The notes under the pieces are model-generated. The model did no database searches, had not been told where the DNA came from, and saw nothing but the letters and a program-made list of their open reading frames with translations. From Mayamaea pseudoterrestris (Eukaryota): a stretch of DNA of 64,000 nucleotides. The DNA is taken from assembly GCA_027923505.1 (NCBI GenBank), contig BROI01000004.1, positions 248,001-312,000 of the forward strand. The letters are read 5' to 3'. Made by a program: the position numbers and the translations under genes. This document shows positions 16,809 to 26,804 of the stretch, one piece after another. Each line of letters opens with the position of its first letter. Position 1 is the first letter of the stretch.

Positions 16809-19280
16809 TCATCGACGATAATAGGGCATTCTCATTTCGGATCGAGCATCGCGCCGTTCCGAAGCATGCCGCCGTTCATAGTAGTCATCCAGCATGTAGC
16901 TAAGTGGAACGCGATAATCTTCCTTCACTGGCATCATGTTGCTCAAGTCGCCAACCACCTGGGTCCCTGGGCTGAATGCGATTGGCCGAATGGGTGCAAA
17001 GTGACGCTGCTCAGTCTCGGTGGATGCACTGCGCATCGATTCGTAATGTGGGTAACCATAGCCAGACTCGGAAAGGTTTCTTCCGCGGATAGGACTTGGC
17101 GGCCCATCGTTGCGGTTCATCTCGGGAGCTGGCGGCGAAAAGGCTTGTCGAGAAGGTTGCGAACGAATTGGGCCTCTCGTTTGATCAGATTTCATCCGCA
17201 TACCCGCAGCTTCCCGTCGAATAAATAATTGGTGAGGCATCGACCATTCGTCAGTACGATCACTGAGGTCGTCATCATCAATCGCCATGCTATCCATGCG
17301 TCGCTTTAACATATTTGTATGGTACTGACCGACAAGACTTGCGTTTACCGATTGATCAACCATAGTTCTATGTGGCGGACGGCGAGATCTTGTTGGTGAT
17401 TCGTTCCTGCTACTTCTGTACATGTTTACGCTCTCCTCTGACGCTTGATTGATCAAAGCCGCTGCTGGCGGACGACGAGAGCGTGTTGGCGATTCGTACC
17501 TGCTTGTTCTGTACAAATCAGCGCTCTCGTCTGATGATTGGTCAATCATCGGCGCAGCTATTGGCTGGCGTCGAGAAGGTGGCGGTGGTGCTCTCTTGTA
17601 TAAATCAATGCTGTCGTCCGACGATTGGTTCATCATAGCCTTTGCTGGAGAATGACGATTGAGGGGTGGTGGTTCACATTTTGGTTCAGGACGCGCAGCT
17701 TTTGCCTGCGATTCTTGGCATAGTTTTCTATTTTCCGCCTTCAAGTCTTCATTCTCTCGCTCCAGTTTCTTGATTTGTTGTTCCTGTCGATCCAACGTTT
17801 CTCTCAAAACCTGAACCATACTCTTCCAAGCCTCCGTCTCAGAGGTTGAAGGTCTAGGCGTTTCCGGCTTGTTCATTCTTGGAGTGGGCTCGGTACGTAC
17901 AGAATTTGGAGGGTCGACGGCGTGTCGCACATTTGGTGCTGGTGCACTGCTAGCTCGACCAACGCCTGCTATGTTGCTGGTGCTCGGCATGCTACGAAAG
18001 ACTCGATTGTCTTCATTAAGTGACAGTAATTGCTGTCGTTCAGCTGCCACTGCTGCTGCCTTCGCCGGGGTTGGAGTGTACGGCTTGGCATACACACCTT
18101 GCGGTTCATTGCGTGCCTGAGCATCCGATGACGCCTGCTGCCGTTGTACTACAACTTCCGACACATGTCTACGAGGCGTTGCGTGTTGATAGCTTGGCTT
18201 TGCTTGATGGTTCGACTCTGGATCACGCTCCTTTGTCAGCGTAAACGAGTCTCGCGCCGCAAGCAAACCGTAAGGGTCACTCCGCGACGTGTAGTTGCTT
18301 TCCGTTTCGTCTTGACTTGAGCGAATCGAATCCTTTGTTGGTGACATTTTTGTGACAGTCTGTCGATGATCTTGATAACTAATGTCACATTCGTCGTGGC
18401 TATCACGAGTCGTTCCTTTCGCCGGCAGTACTTTTGCTTTGGACGTTTGTTGCCTTTGACTGTTGCTCTCCGACTCGTCTTGGCTATCGCGTATACGCTC
18501 CTTCATTGGCGGCGTACGTGCACGCGTGATTGCGTCTTGTTGAATCTGATGTTCATGTCTGGGAATGGAAGGTACACTTGGCTGCCGAGCTGAAGTGTGG
18601 CTCCGCGAATCGCTGTTGATAGACTTTCTCCTGCTATTACTTTCCTCGCCTGATAAAGATGCAGCTGAACTCGAACTTTGGTGCTTGACAACATGCTTTT
18701 TCGTCGACTCTTTACTCGGGCGTGGAGGCGTCGACTGTTGTTCCACACGTTTATCGCTGCTCCCTCTGGAATGCTTCTTTGTCTTGATATAGCTGCTGCC
18801 ATTGTTTGGGCCATAGTCGTAGTAGGTTTCGCGAGCAACGTCCAACTCGCCCATGACGGCACTGGTACTACATTCATCTGCCGAATATGGAACTCGTGGA
18901 ACACTTTGGCTGTCACTCTTGTGCAGGTGACGTGGTTGCACAGGCGTTGATCTTGATTCAACAACACTCCGACTCATGCTGCTGCTACTGTCAGTCCGCG
19001 ACAATGATTGTTTGTGACTGCTGCTGTAGCGAGGCGCCAATGGCGGAGTCGATTTCGTACTAGCGTGACTCCCGCTGTACCGAGACTTTGTAGCTATCGA
19101 AGAATCCTCCCTGCTAGACTGCTGCTGCTTCTTCTTCAGACTGGCTTGTTCAATGATTTCCATTAGCGTCATTTCGTCGTCATGTGTCAATCGATCAATC
19201 TCATCACGGAAAAAGCTCATGGCCGTCTCGATATTCTCATCGTCCATGGACAAGGCTGCTCCAACATAATCTGGAGTCAT
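16809..19280 (-). CDS. Hypothetical Ser/Arg/Pro-rich protein with a short coiled coil and an internal ~30-aa repeat
   Basis: 823-aa ATG ORF. Coiled coil LRETLDRQEQQIKKLERENEDLKAENRKL and repeated MxxQSSDES.D.Y..SR.ESPTRSRRPP. Confidence 0.75.
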   Translation of the reverse strand: MTPDYVGAALSMDDENIETAMSFFRDEIDRLTHDDEMTLMEIIEQASLKKKQQQSSREDSSIATKSRYSGSHASTKSTPPLAPRYSSSHKQSLSRTDSSSSMSRSVVESRSTPVQPRHLHKSDSQSVPRVPYSADECSTSAVMGELDVARETYYDYGPNNGSSYIKTKKHSRGSSDKRVEQQSTPPRPSKESTKKHVVKHQSSSSAASLSGEESNSRRKSINSDSRSHTSARQPSVPSIPRHEHQIQQDAITRARTPPMKERIRDSQDESESNSQRQQTSKAKVLPAKGTTRDSHDECDISYQDHRQTVTKMSPTKDSIRSSQDETESNYTSRSDPYGLLAARDSFTLTKERDPESNHQAKPSYQHATPRRHVSEVVVQRQQASSDAQARNEPQGVYAKPYTPTPAKAAAVAAERQQLLSLNEDNRVFRSMPSTSNIAGVGRASSAPAPNVRHAVDPPNSVRTEPTPRMNKPETPRPSTSETEAWKSMVQVLRETLDRQEQQIKKLERENEDLKAENRKLCQESQAKAARPEPKCEPPPLNRHSPAKAMMNQSSDDSIDLYKRAPPPPSRRQPIAAPMIDQSSDESADLYRTSRYESPTRSRRPPAAALINQASEESVNMYRSSRNESPTRSRRPPHRTMVDQSVNASLVGQYHTNMLKRRMDSMAIDDDDLSDRTDEWSMPHQLFIRREAAGMRMKSDQTRGPIRSQPSRQAFSPPAPEMNRNDGPPSPIRGRNLSESGYGYPHYESMRSASTETEQRHFAPIRPIAFSPGTQVVGDLSNMMPVKEDYRVPLSYMLDDYYERRHASERRDARSEMRMPYYRR

Positions 19281-19664
19281 GATTACCGTAGATAGACTTC
19301 AGCACTGTCTCTACCTAGCTAGCAGAACTAGCAGAAGAGGTGTGAGCAGCAGCAAGATCGTTTGGTCCAAGCAAAGGAAAGGCCGCGACAAATTTTAGTT
19401 CGGCGAGAAACGTCCTCGCTGATCAAGCGCCGAAGCGTGCCAGTCATACTTAGGGTTATGAGTACCAGTAAGACGAACCTTTCATCGGTTATGACGTCAC
19501 AGGCGCGCGTCAAGCGTCAGTCGGTTGGAAAAGTTGAAGCAAAAGCCTTCAAAGAAGTGTGAAGCATCGGAGGGCCGATGAAGGGTTCGATCGACACCGA
19601 CAACCAAGAACTCCCTGTCGTCCATCTAGAGCAACGAAAAGCTTGCTCGCTAGTGCGATTGACG

Positions 19665-20913
19665 ATGAAAGTCCAGAGTTTGCTCCTGCTTTGCACCACA
19701 TGTACCTGCCTAATCAATGATCTTCAAGTATCGGCATTTGTTCCGTCACAGCAACCACTGTCCAGAATAAAGGCAAGACAAACTTCACTGGCGGCGTCAA
19801 TACAAAATGATATTCGTGATCAAGACTTTAGACTTGCCGACGATCAAGTGAATCCTATTGTTCGAACAGGGAAAGGCGACAAGGAGAAAGTTATTAATCT
19901 GCATGGCATTCGATGCGTCCTCGTCTCCTTGTTGACCTGTCCCATTTGGGCAGCCTCCATGAGTCTTGTTGCCATGATGCATAAAGTGAATCGAGAATTT
20001 GATGAGAACAGAGACATATATGACAAGACGGGAAAGGTATGGTCACGTACATGGCTTGCCATGACTGATTCCTATCCGTCCTTTAGTGGAAATGTTAGTC
20101 GGATTCGGGAGCCGCAAGGACCTTGTTTGTACGTGGCAAACCATGCCAGTTGGCTTGACATTCCCATTATATGTACTGTTCTTGATCCAGTCTTCAAATT
20201 CATTGCCAAGGCAGAACTAGAAAAGCTGCCTTGTATAGGACAACAATTAAAAGGGGTGAGTTTCGCTTTAAGAAGGCTGCACATTTTCTCGTTGACATAT
20301 GCTTAGCTCACCGTGTGCTTAACCTATACAGGGCAATCACATCTTGATCGACCGCGACGATCGCCGCTCGCAACTAAAAACATTCAAAAATGGCATTGGC
20401 TGGCTAAGAAAGGGTGTACCAATCATGGCATTTCCGGAAGGTCGACGGTCGAATGATGGTCGACTCATGGACTTCAAAGGCGGTTTGTTTAGCATGGCTG
20501 TCAAAACAAAGGTTCCAATCATTCCAATTACTATTGGACATGCCAACGCCGTCATGCCGGGGAATGCACTCTTTCCCGTCCAAGTTGGCAGAGGCAAGCT
20601 GCACGTGCACATTCACGAGGCAATCGACACGGAGGGAAAGTCAGACGACGAGCTGGTGCGACTTGTTCGGGAAGCTTTCCTCTCGACGCTCCCTTTCAAT
20701 CAACATCCAGGAAATGATGACGAAAACGGTCCTTTCTTCATGCCGCGCATGCTTAGGGTAGAGACTGATTCACATTCCGTCCATGTCAATCATGCTACTA
20801 CCAATAACCATTCTGACCACGCGGCCACAGCGGTCGTACATGACCATCACCAAGTGCGTGTCCCATTCTTTATTGTAAGTGAGAAGGAGGAAAGGGAAAT
20901 TGTTTCCAAATAG
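19665..20913 (+). CDS. Plastid 1-acyl-sn-glycerol-3-phosphate acyltransferase (LPAAT/PlsC); 2 exons, intron 20256-20331
   Basis: NHASWLD and FPEGRRS acyltransferase motifs; signal peptide plus VSAFVP. The GTGAGT...TACAG intron joins the two ORFs in frame. Confidence 0.93.
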
Positions 20914-21016
20914 AGACAGCGACCTTGCCCCTCACTGACGTATTGAGGAAGCCCCAATTTAATAAGCTATGCTATGAAATGTAATGATAACCATCTTTGA
21001 AAATTAAACAGACTAA

Positions 21017-21710
21017 TTACCACTTTGTAACGCGGGTGACTGTAAAGAAATGGCGAATATTACAGTGAGGTACAGGTACTCGTTAATCGCGATGGATAAC
21101 ACACGAAAACATTCCACTTACCAATCGGATTTCGATCGCGCAAGTAATATAGTTTGGCCCTCTTGACCTTGCGCTTCCCTTTGAAGACAAAGTTCTCCTC
21201 CAAGACCTTGACGCTCTTAACTAATGGCGAGTATAATGGCACGCGTCGCTCGACTGGAAATCCGAACAAAACGTCGCGAATCAATACTGTTGTATCAAGT
21301 TTCTTGTTAAAGATCCCCAAAACCACGCCTCGGATCTTTTCTAAATCTGTTGAATTGATTCCACCTTTGGCAACTTGTTCAATTTCGATGGCGTCGCCAA
21401 CGCGAACATTAGTTCCAAATACACTTGGCCGACTTGCTCGCACTGATTGCATGCTTTCCTTAATAAGGTCCGTATATAAACCCGAAGCTCGTTTACGAGG
21501 CGACTTGAACTTTGGCTTTTCGCGAAATCGAGGTCGTTGGCCGTGATGGATAAACGGCATGTCGGCGCGATCAATCGAGTGCTGCTGAAGTGGGCTGCTG
21601 CTGGAGGATGAAGTTGTTGCTGATCTCGACGAAACTGAACGGAATGCCGTGCGAATTATAGAGGATACGTCTCGAGAGACTCTACCAGATAATGTTAAGA
21701 GAGTAAACAT
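21017..21710 (-). CDS. Ribosomal protein bL19, probably mitochondrial; intron 21040-21121
   Basis: Motifs VRVGDAIEI, VERRVPLYSPLVKSVKVL and KVKRAKLYYLRDR, with an Arg/Ser-rich presequence. The GTAAGT...TACAG intron gives a C-terminus of ...PIVTRVTKW*. Confidence 0.93.
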
Positions 21711-21856
21711 GGTCAAAGTGGTACTTGGAGACTTTTCTTCACGTCAATTGGCCCCCAGCTTGATGAAGCCATTCATCACGGTCAAATGAACGGCTCGTCC
21801 GAAACGAGTTGTGCATAAAGTGTTAAATACACTCTGTCCCACAGTGGCTGAGAATA

Positions 21857-22168
21857 CCAGTGAAAACTGCGTCATGAGGCAATACTACGAAACGAGTGCC
21901 AGTGAAAACTGCGTCACCAGGCAATACTACGAAACGAATGCCAGTGAAAACTACGTCATGAAGCCGTGCAAGGAAACGAGTGCCAGTGAAAAGTGCGTCA
22001 TAAGGCTATACTACGAAACGAGTGCCAGTGAAAACTGCGTCATAAGGCTGTAATACGAAACGAGTGCAAGTGAAAACTGCGTCAAAAGGCTATAATACGA
22101 AACGAGTGCCTGTGAAAACTGCGTCATAAGGCAATAGTATGAAACGAGTGCCAATGAAAACTACGTCA
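21857..22168 (-). repeat. Second 42-bp tandem minisatellite of the same family as 211-552, in opposite orientation (7 full units plus a partial unit)
   Basis: CGTCA recurs at 21870, 21912, 21954, 21996, 22038, 22080, 22122 and 22164. The unit GAAACGAGTGCCAGTGAAAACTGCGTCA is the reverse complement of the array-1 unit. Confidence 0.97.
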
Positions 22169-22253
22169 TCTTTAATATCGCCCCGCACGTCGATGGACAC
22201 GAAGTGATTGCAAATGTGTATGTAACCGCGCTGCCTGGAACACAACACACAAG

Positions 22254-23993
22254 ATGATCATGGGGAATCCTCGAGTATTTGACGGCCATGCCTATGTGGA
22301 CGTTCCTGAAATAAAAGGGGGGAATCCTCCGCCTCTATTTCCCGATGGGGACGGCTCTATATTTGTTAGCATCGCTTCTTTTCGCGGTGAGCAATGAATC
22401 ATTTGAATGATGGTGACGACGGATGACAGCTCACCTCAAGCATGTACAATAGTAGCATTCGTCTTTACCACTCGCGATCTCATGAATTTGTGATTCCTCT
22501 TTCTATATAGACGCTGAGCGATGCGCCGAGACTCTCAAGTCTCTCTTTGAGAATGCCGAGCACCCAGACAAGGTGTACGTCGGTCTGTCCGAGCACGTGC
22601 AGGAGCAAGACCCCAAGTGCCTTGAACTCTACTGCCAGGCTCACGGAGCCAAGATTTTGAAGCGAGAAGAGGTTCGCGCCGACATGACCAAGGTGATCCA
22701 TCTGCCGGATCAAGACAAGCTGTGTCCGCATTTTGATCAGATTCGATTGGTGGCAACCTTTCATGTTGCAGCGAAAGGACCAATTTGGGCGCGATCATTG
22801 ATTCGCAAGGTACTCGGCAATGAAGAATACTGCATGCAGGTTGATGCGCACACAAGTTTCATTCATAATTGGGATACAGTCGCAAAACAAGAGTGGAGAA
22901 GCGCCGAGAATGAATTTGCTGTCATCTCAAATCCACCAGCGCTAAAGAGTGAACAGGCTGAATACGAGGAGGGCAGCTCAAAGGCAAAACAAGTACCACG
23001 AGTTTGTCGGCTCGCCTACAAACCCGATAATGGCTATCCAGACTACAATTATCCGGCTCACTCTTGGGTGGAAGACATTGAGAAACCGCTGTTGAGCCAT
23101 GCATGGTCCAGCGCATTTAGCTTTGCCAAGTGCCACTTAGAGGAGAGTGCGCCCTACGACTCCTTCTCCTGGTACGCCAAGCCAATTGAGCAGTTTTCGC
23201 GTTTTAGTCGGTTTTGGACTAGAGGGTACGTATCAGATCTGCATGCGCTTATATATTTTTTCAGCCTTGCACGGTGTCACTGACGCGAATAGTCTCATGC
23301 CTTTCCAGATACGACGTTTACACGCCCACTCGCGTCATTGCATTCCACGACAGCGGTCCACAGAAGAATGGTCACGGAAATGATGAGTGGTTTCGCCGCC
23401 AGCGACAGCGATTTCGAATTGAGGCGATTGACCGCGCGAAAGCAACGCTTCGGCTCAAGCAGCAGGATGGAACAATTGCAAGTGACGCTGTCTTGGCGAA
23501 TATGGGAATATACGGACTTGGCAAGCGCCGGACGTTGAAGCAGCTCGAGGAATTTACCAAGCTCGAATTTGCTTCTTTGAAAAGCAATGAAGGTGTCGGC
23601 GAGGATTGCGTCGCGTTCGAGTATGTTCCATTTGATGCAGCCATTTCGCCGGTAGAAAACTTTTACGACCAGCCCGATGACTTGGATCCACAGCCAGAGT
23701 TTCCGCTACGAACCAAGCTAATCTTTTACGAGCAATTGCCTATGAACATTGTTGCTGGCAACACAAAGAGTGGTGGAGCAGTGGTTGGACGTGCTTTGGA
23801 TAGCGTGCAACGTGTGGACAGTTTTCAACGCATGGATGGTATCGAGCAGCCAAATCTACCGCCATTTTCGACTCTGATCGTGCTGTGGATTTTTGGAATG
23901 ATTGTTTGGTGCGTCGTCTTCATGAGCCAGGGTAATGTAAACGGCAGTGGCACGCCCAGGAAGAAGAAGCAAATGATGTCTAAGGATGTTTAA
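22254..23993 (+). CDS. GT60-family polypeptide alpha-GlcNAc transferase (Gnt1/Gnt2-like) with a C-terminal TM helix; introns 22387-22510 and 23226-23308
   Basis: The spliced reading gives SIFVSIASFR|DAERCAETL, AKGPIWARSL, YCMQVDAHTSF and RFWTRG|YDVYTP, then hydrophobic LIVLWIFGMIVWCVVF. The start codon is uncertain. Confidence 0.85.
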
Positions 23994-24083
23994 CAAAATC
24001 ATAAAGCCAATAATTTGCTTAAGGATGTATATAAGTAGTGATACAAGTAGAGACAGGATCGCTACAAGTTACACAGCACAGCA

Positions 24084-24890
24084 CTATTTCTGAAAACTAG
24101 CCTCTTGCTGTTGCTTGGCAAGCAACCATGCCGGCAAATTAGAAACGCCCCGACCCCGTCCATTGCGCTGTCGCTCATTCTCCATGAGCTTGTCGACATT
24201 TCCTTCTCGCTCCAAGTGCCTTCGTTCCATTTCCAAGCGTTGTCTCAAGTCTTGCTGCTCCTTTATGTGCTCAAGTCGTTCCTGTTCAAGTCGTTCGCGG
24301 TCAGCCGCCACAGCTCGACGCTCCCAATATTGCAACAGGTCGTTTGGTACTAAAGGGTCGTATGGATCGTCCAATGCTTGTTGTCGAAGTCGTTGCCGAT
24401 GATCGTCGGACATGACGAATGACGCTGAAGGGCTGGTGTCACTGTTCTTTTGCTCCAGCGATTGTGATTGACCTGCCTCGGCTTCTTGAGTTGCAACCGT
24501 TGTTATTTCGGGAAGTTGTTGATGCAAGAATGCACTACATTGCGAACTTTGTGGTTCCTGAAGCGTTCCATTAGTAGGTGATGTGACTGTTGCAAAGTTA
24601 GAAGACTTGCTAGCTTTGGCAGACGTAGTAGCGTGTCGTTTCCGCTTAAGCGCTGCCGTTGGCACGAATGCGACAGCTGTTCCCAACGCTCCAACACTCT
24701 TGACTATGGAAGATTGCAAGTTCTGCTGATGCGGTTTCTCTGATGCAGTCGTCGTCGCCGCCACCGCCGCCGCATAATTCGATCCCGTTCCCGATTGCTC
24801 ATCAACATTTGTTCCTGCCGTCGCAGTCTCGCTGTTGAGTTGCGATGGTTTCTTGGCCTCTGGAAGGTCTCCGAACAAATCTTTATACAT
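24084..24890 (-). CDS. Hypothetical protein with SPF45/RBM17-like N-terminal-region motifs
   Basis: 268-aa ORF beginning LFGDLP and containing DPYDPLVPND, a charged helix and GRGRGVSNLPAWL. No RRM/UHM domain is visible. Confidence 0.65.
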   Translation of the reverse strand: MYKDLFGDLPEAKKPSQLNSETATAGTNVDEQSGTGSNYAAAVAATTTASEKPHQQNLQSSIVKSVGALGTAVAFVPTAALKRKRHATTSAKASKSSNFATVTSPTNGTLQEPQSSQCSAFLHQQLPEITTVATQEAEAGQSQSLEQKNSDTSPSASFVMSDDHRQRLRQQALDDPYDPLVPNDLLQYWERRAVAADRERLEQERLEHIKEQQDLRQRLEMERRHLEREGNVDKLMENERQRNGRGRGVSNLPAWLLAKQQQEASFQK

Positions 24891-25059
24891 TTTACTTAAT
24901 TGATCTCACGCATTATCTGCAATAAACCTTCGTTTTGCTCGCTTCTAACTAATCCTGAACATGTTCAAGGCATATCTACATCTCCCATGGTCGCCGGGTG
25001 GCTTGCCGACGAGTCATTCCCGCTATGACTTTATGCAATGATAGTACACTATGGCCTAC

Positions 25060-25151
25060 AGTGCCAAAAACTTTAATTTTCAAAGTTTTTGGTAGTACTC
25101 TCTAATCGATAGTGCCAATAACTGTGGTTTTCAAAGGTTTTTGGCAGTACT
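25060..25151. repeat. Tandem pair of ~40-bp imperfect palindromes in a divergent intergenic region
   Basis: CCAAAAACTTT (25064-25074) and AAAGTTTTTGG (25082-25092) form a perfect 11-bp inverted repeat. A degenerate second copy, AGTGCCAATAAC...GGTTTTTGGCAGTACT, lies at 25111-25151. Confidence 0.75.
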
Positions 25152-25467
25152 ATTTATGTTATTGTAAACAAGATGTTATTGCCGGTCCGACATTTATTTC
25201 CTCTGTCGCCACCTTCTCACGTTCGTGTGGCCGCACCATCGAAGATGACCATGAATGACTCGCACTGACCAGCGCCGCGCTGCTTGCATCTATCTGACGC
25301 CTTCTTATTACATGAGTTTGCTATTGTGTAGACGGCAGAGTATTCAAGCATTTTTACGCTGCTGGTCGTGAGCCATATAAGTTAAAGATTTATTCCTGCT
25401 GTCCTCCCCACGTCTTAATCCTTGAGCGATTGCTTGGCCCTTTCAACTCTTGCTTCACTTAAAGATT

Positions 25468-26661
25468 ATGTGCGACAATCGAACGAGCGAGTTTCTTTCC
25501 TTTGCCAAGGCTTTGCCGGAGCATGATCGCATTGCCAGCCAGGCAAAATCGTCTTTGGATCCTAAAGCGTCTGGATCAGTCGCTTCCGCTACCAAGACGC
25601 CAGCCTACGCAGAGCTTCGCAACTTTCACCAAACGGCTGGCGACATTTCACGCGATATTGCATCAACCTCGCAGCTGCTAAGTCAATTAACGAATCTTGT
25701 ACGACATAAGAGCATGTTTGATGATGATTCGACGCAAATCAATAATCTTATTATCCGAATCAAGGGAAGCATTGAAAATTTAAACTCGAGACTTGATGCA
25801 GCATCCTATACAATCAAGCAGCAAAAGCGACAAATCAACTCGCAAGCTGGACAAGAAGCTTCCAATTTAGTGGAAGGTCTAAAGACAGAGTTTGCACAAG
25901 CTGCTTCTGGTTTCAAAAGGGTTCTGCAGCAGCGAACGGACAATTTGAAAGAGTCGGACGACTTTCAACGCAACGTTTATGGAGGCAAAATGGGCGATGA
26001 AAGCATTCCAAACATTACATTGGCTCCGCCTCCTGTGTATGCGTCGTCGGCTCCTCCGTCTGGCGCACTCGGAAGCAGCTTGCACCATAGTCAATCGAAT
26101 GGCTTTCCAACGTTGGACCTGACGAGCAGTCTCATAGCAGCTAATGCTGATGCCTCTGGACCAAGCCTTCCGCGACCGCACGGCATTCAAGTCAACGATA
26201 ATGGCTTTAATAATGGCATCGGCGGACCAAATAGTCTTCGTAACCGCCGCCTCAATGGTGGAGATGCTTCCTCGTACTACAATTACAATCGCGCGAATTC
26301 GGCGCCACTTACACCGCTGGACATTCAGCGCATGGAACAGGAGAGTGGCGGAATGATGCAAATGCAACTCATTCCAGACCAAGACTATCTACGGGAGCGC
26401 GCCGATGCCATGTCTACGGTTGAGTCAAACATTGTAGAGCTTGGCACCATTTTTAACAAGCTTGCCGTCATGGTATCGGAGCATCAGGAAATGGTTCAGC
26501 GCGTGGAAGACAATGTCGAGGACGCGAATGCGACTATAAATTTAAGCTTGGGAGTATTGACGGATACACTGACATCGCTGCGGACGAATCGCATGCTGGC
26601 GCTCAAGGTCTTCTCCATTCTCGTGGCCTTTATTGTCATGTTTATCATTTTCTTCGCGTAA
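25468..26661 (+). CDS. Syntaxin-5/Sed5-like Golgi Qa-SNARE
   Basis: N-terminal DNRTSEFL (Sly1-binding-like), SNARE motif RADAMSTVESNIVELGTIFNKLAVMVSEHQEMVQRVEDNV and a C-terminal TM. Confidence 0.93.
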   Translation: MCDNRTSEFLSFAKALPEHDRIASQAKSSLDPKASGSVASATKTPAYAELRNFHQTAGDISRDIASTSQLLSQLTNLVRHKSMFDDDSTQINNLIIRIKGSIENLNSRLDAASYTIKQQKRQINSQAGQEASNLVEGLKTEFAQAASGFKRVLQQRTDNLKESDDFQRNVYGGKMGDESIPNITLAPPPVYASSAPPSGALGSSLHHSQSNGFPTLDLTSSLIAANADASGPSLPRPHGIQVNDNGFNNGIGGPNSLRNRRLNGGDASSYYNYNRANSAPLTPLDIQRMEQESGGMMQMQLIPDQDYLRERADAMSTVESNIVELGTIFNKLAVMVSEHQEMVQRVEDNVEDANATINLSLGVLTDTLTSLRTNRMLALKVFSILVAFIVMFIIFFA

Positions 26662-26804
26662 AGAAGCGCCGAGCTAAAACTTATTCAATGATTGACTGTT
26701 ACCTACAAGATCGGATTAGTAATTTTATCTGCAAGTGTACTATAGTATTATCATACAGAATAGCTACAGTATGAAGGACGTCTCTCTGGCTTTTGTGTTT
26801 ATGT

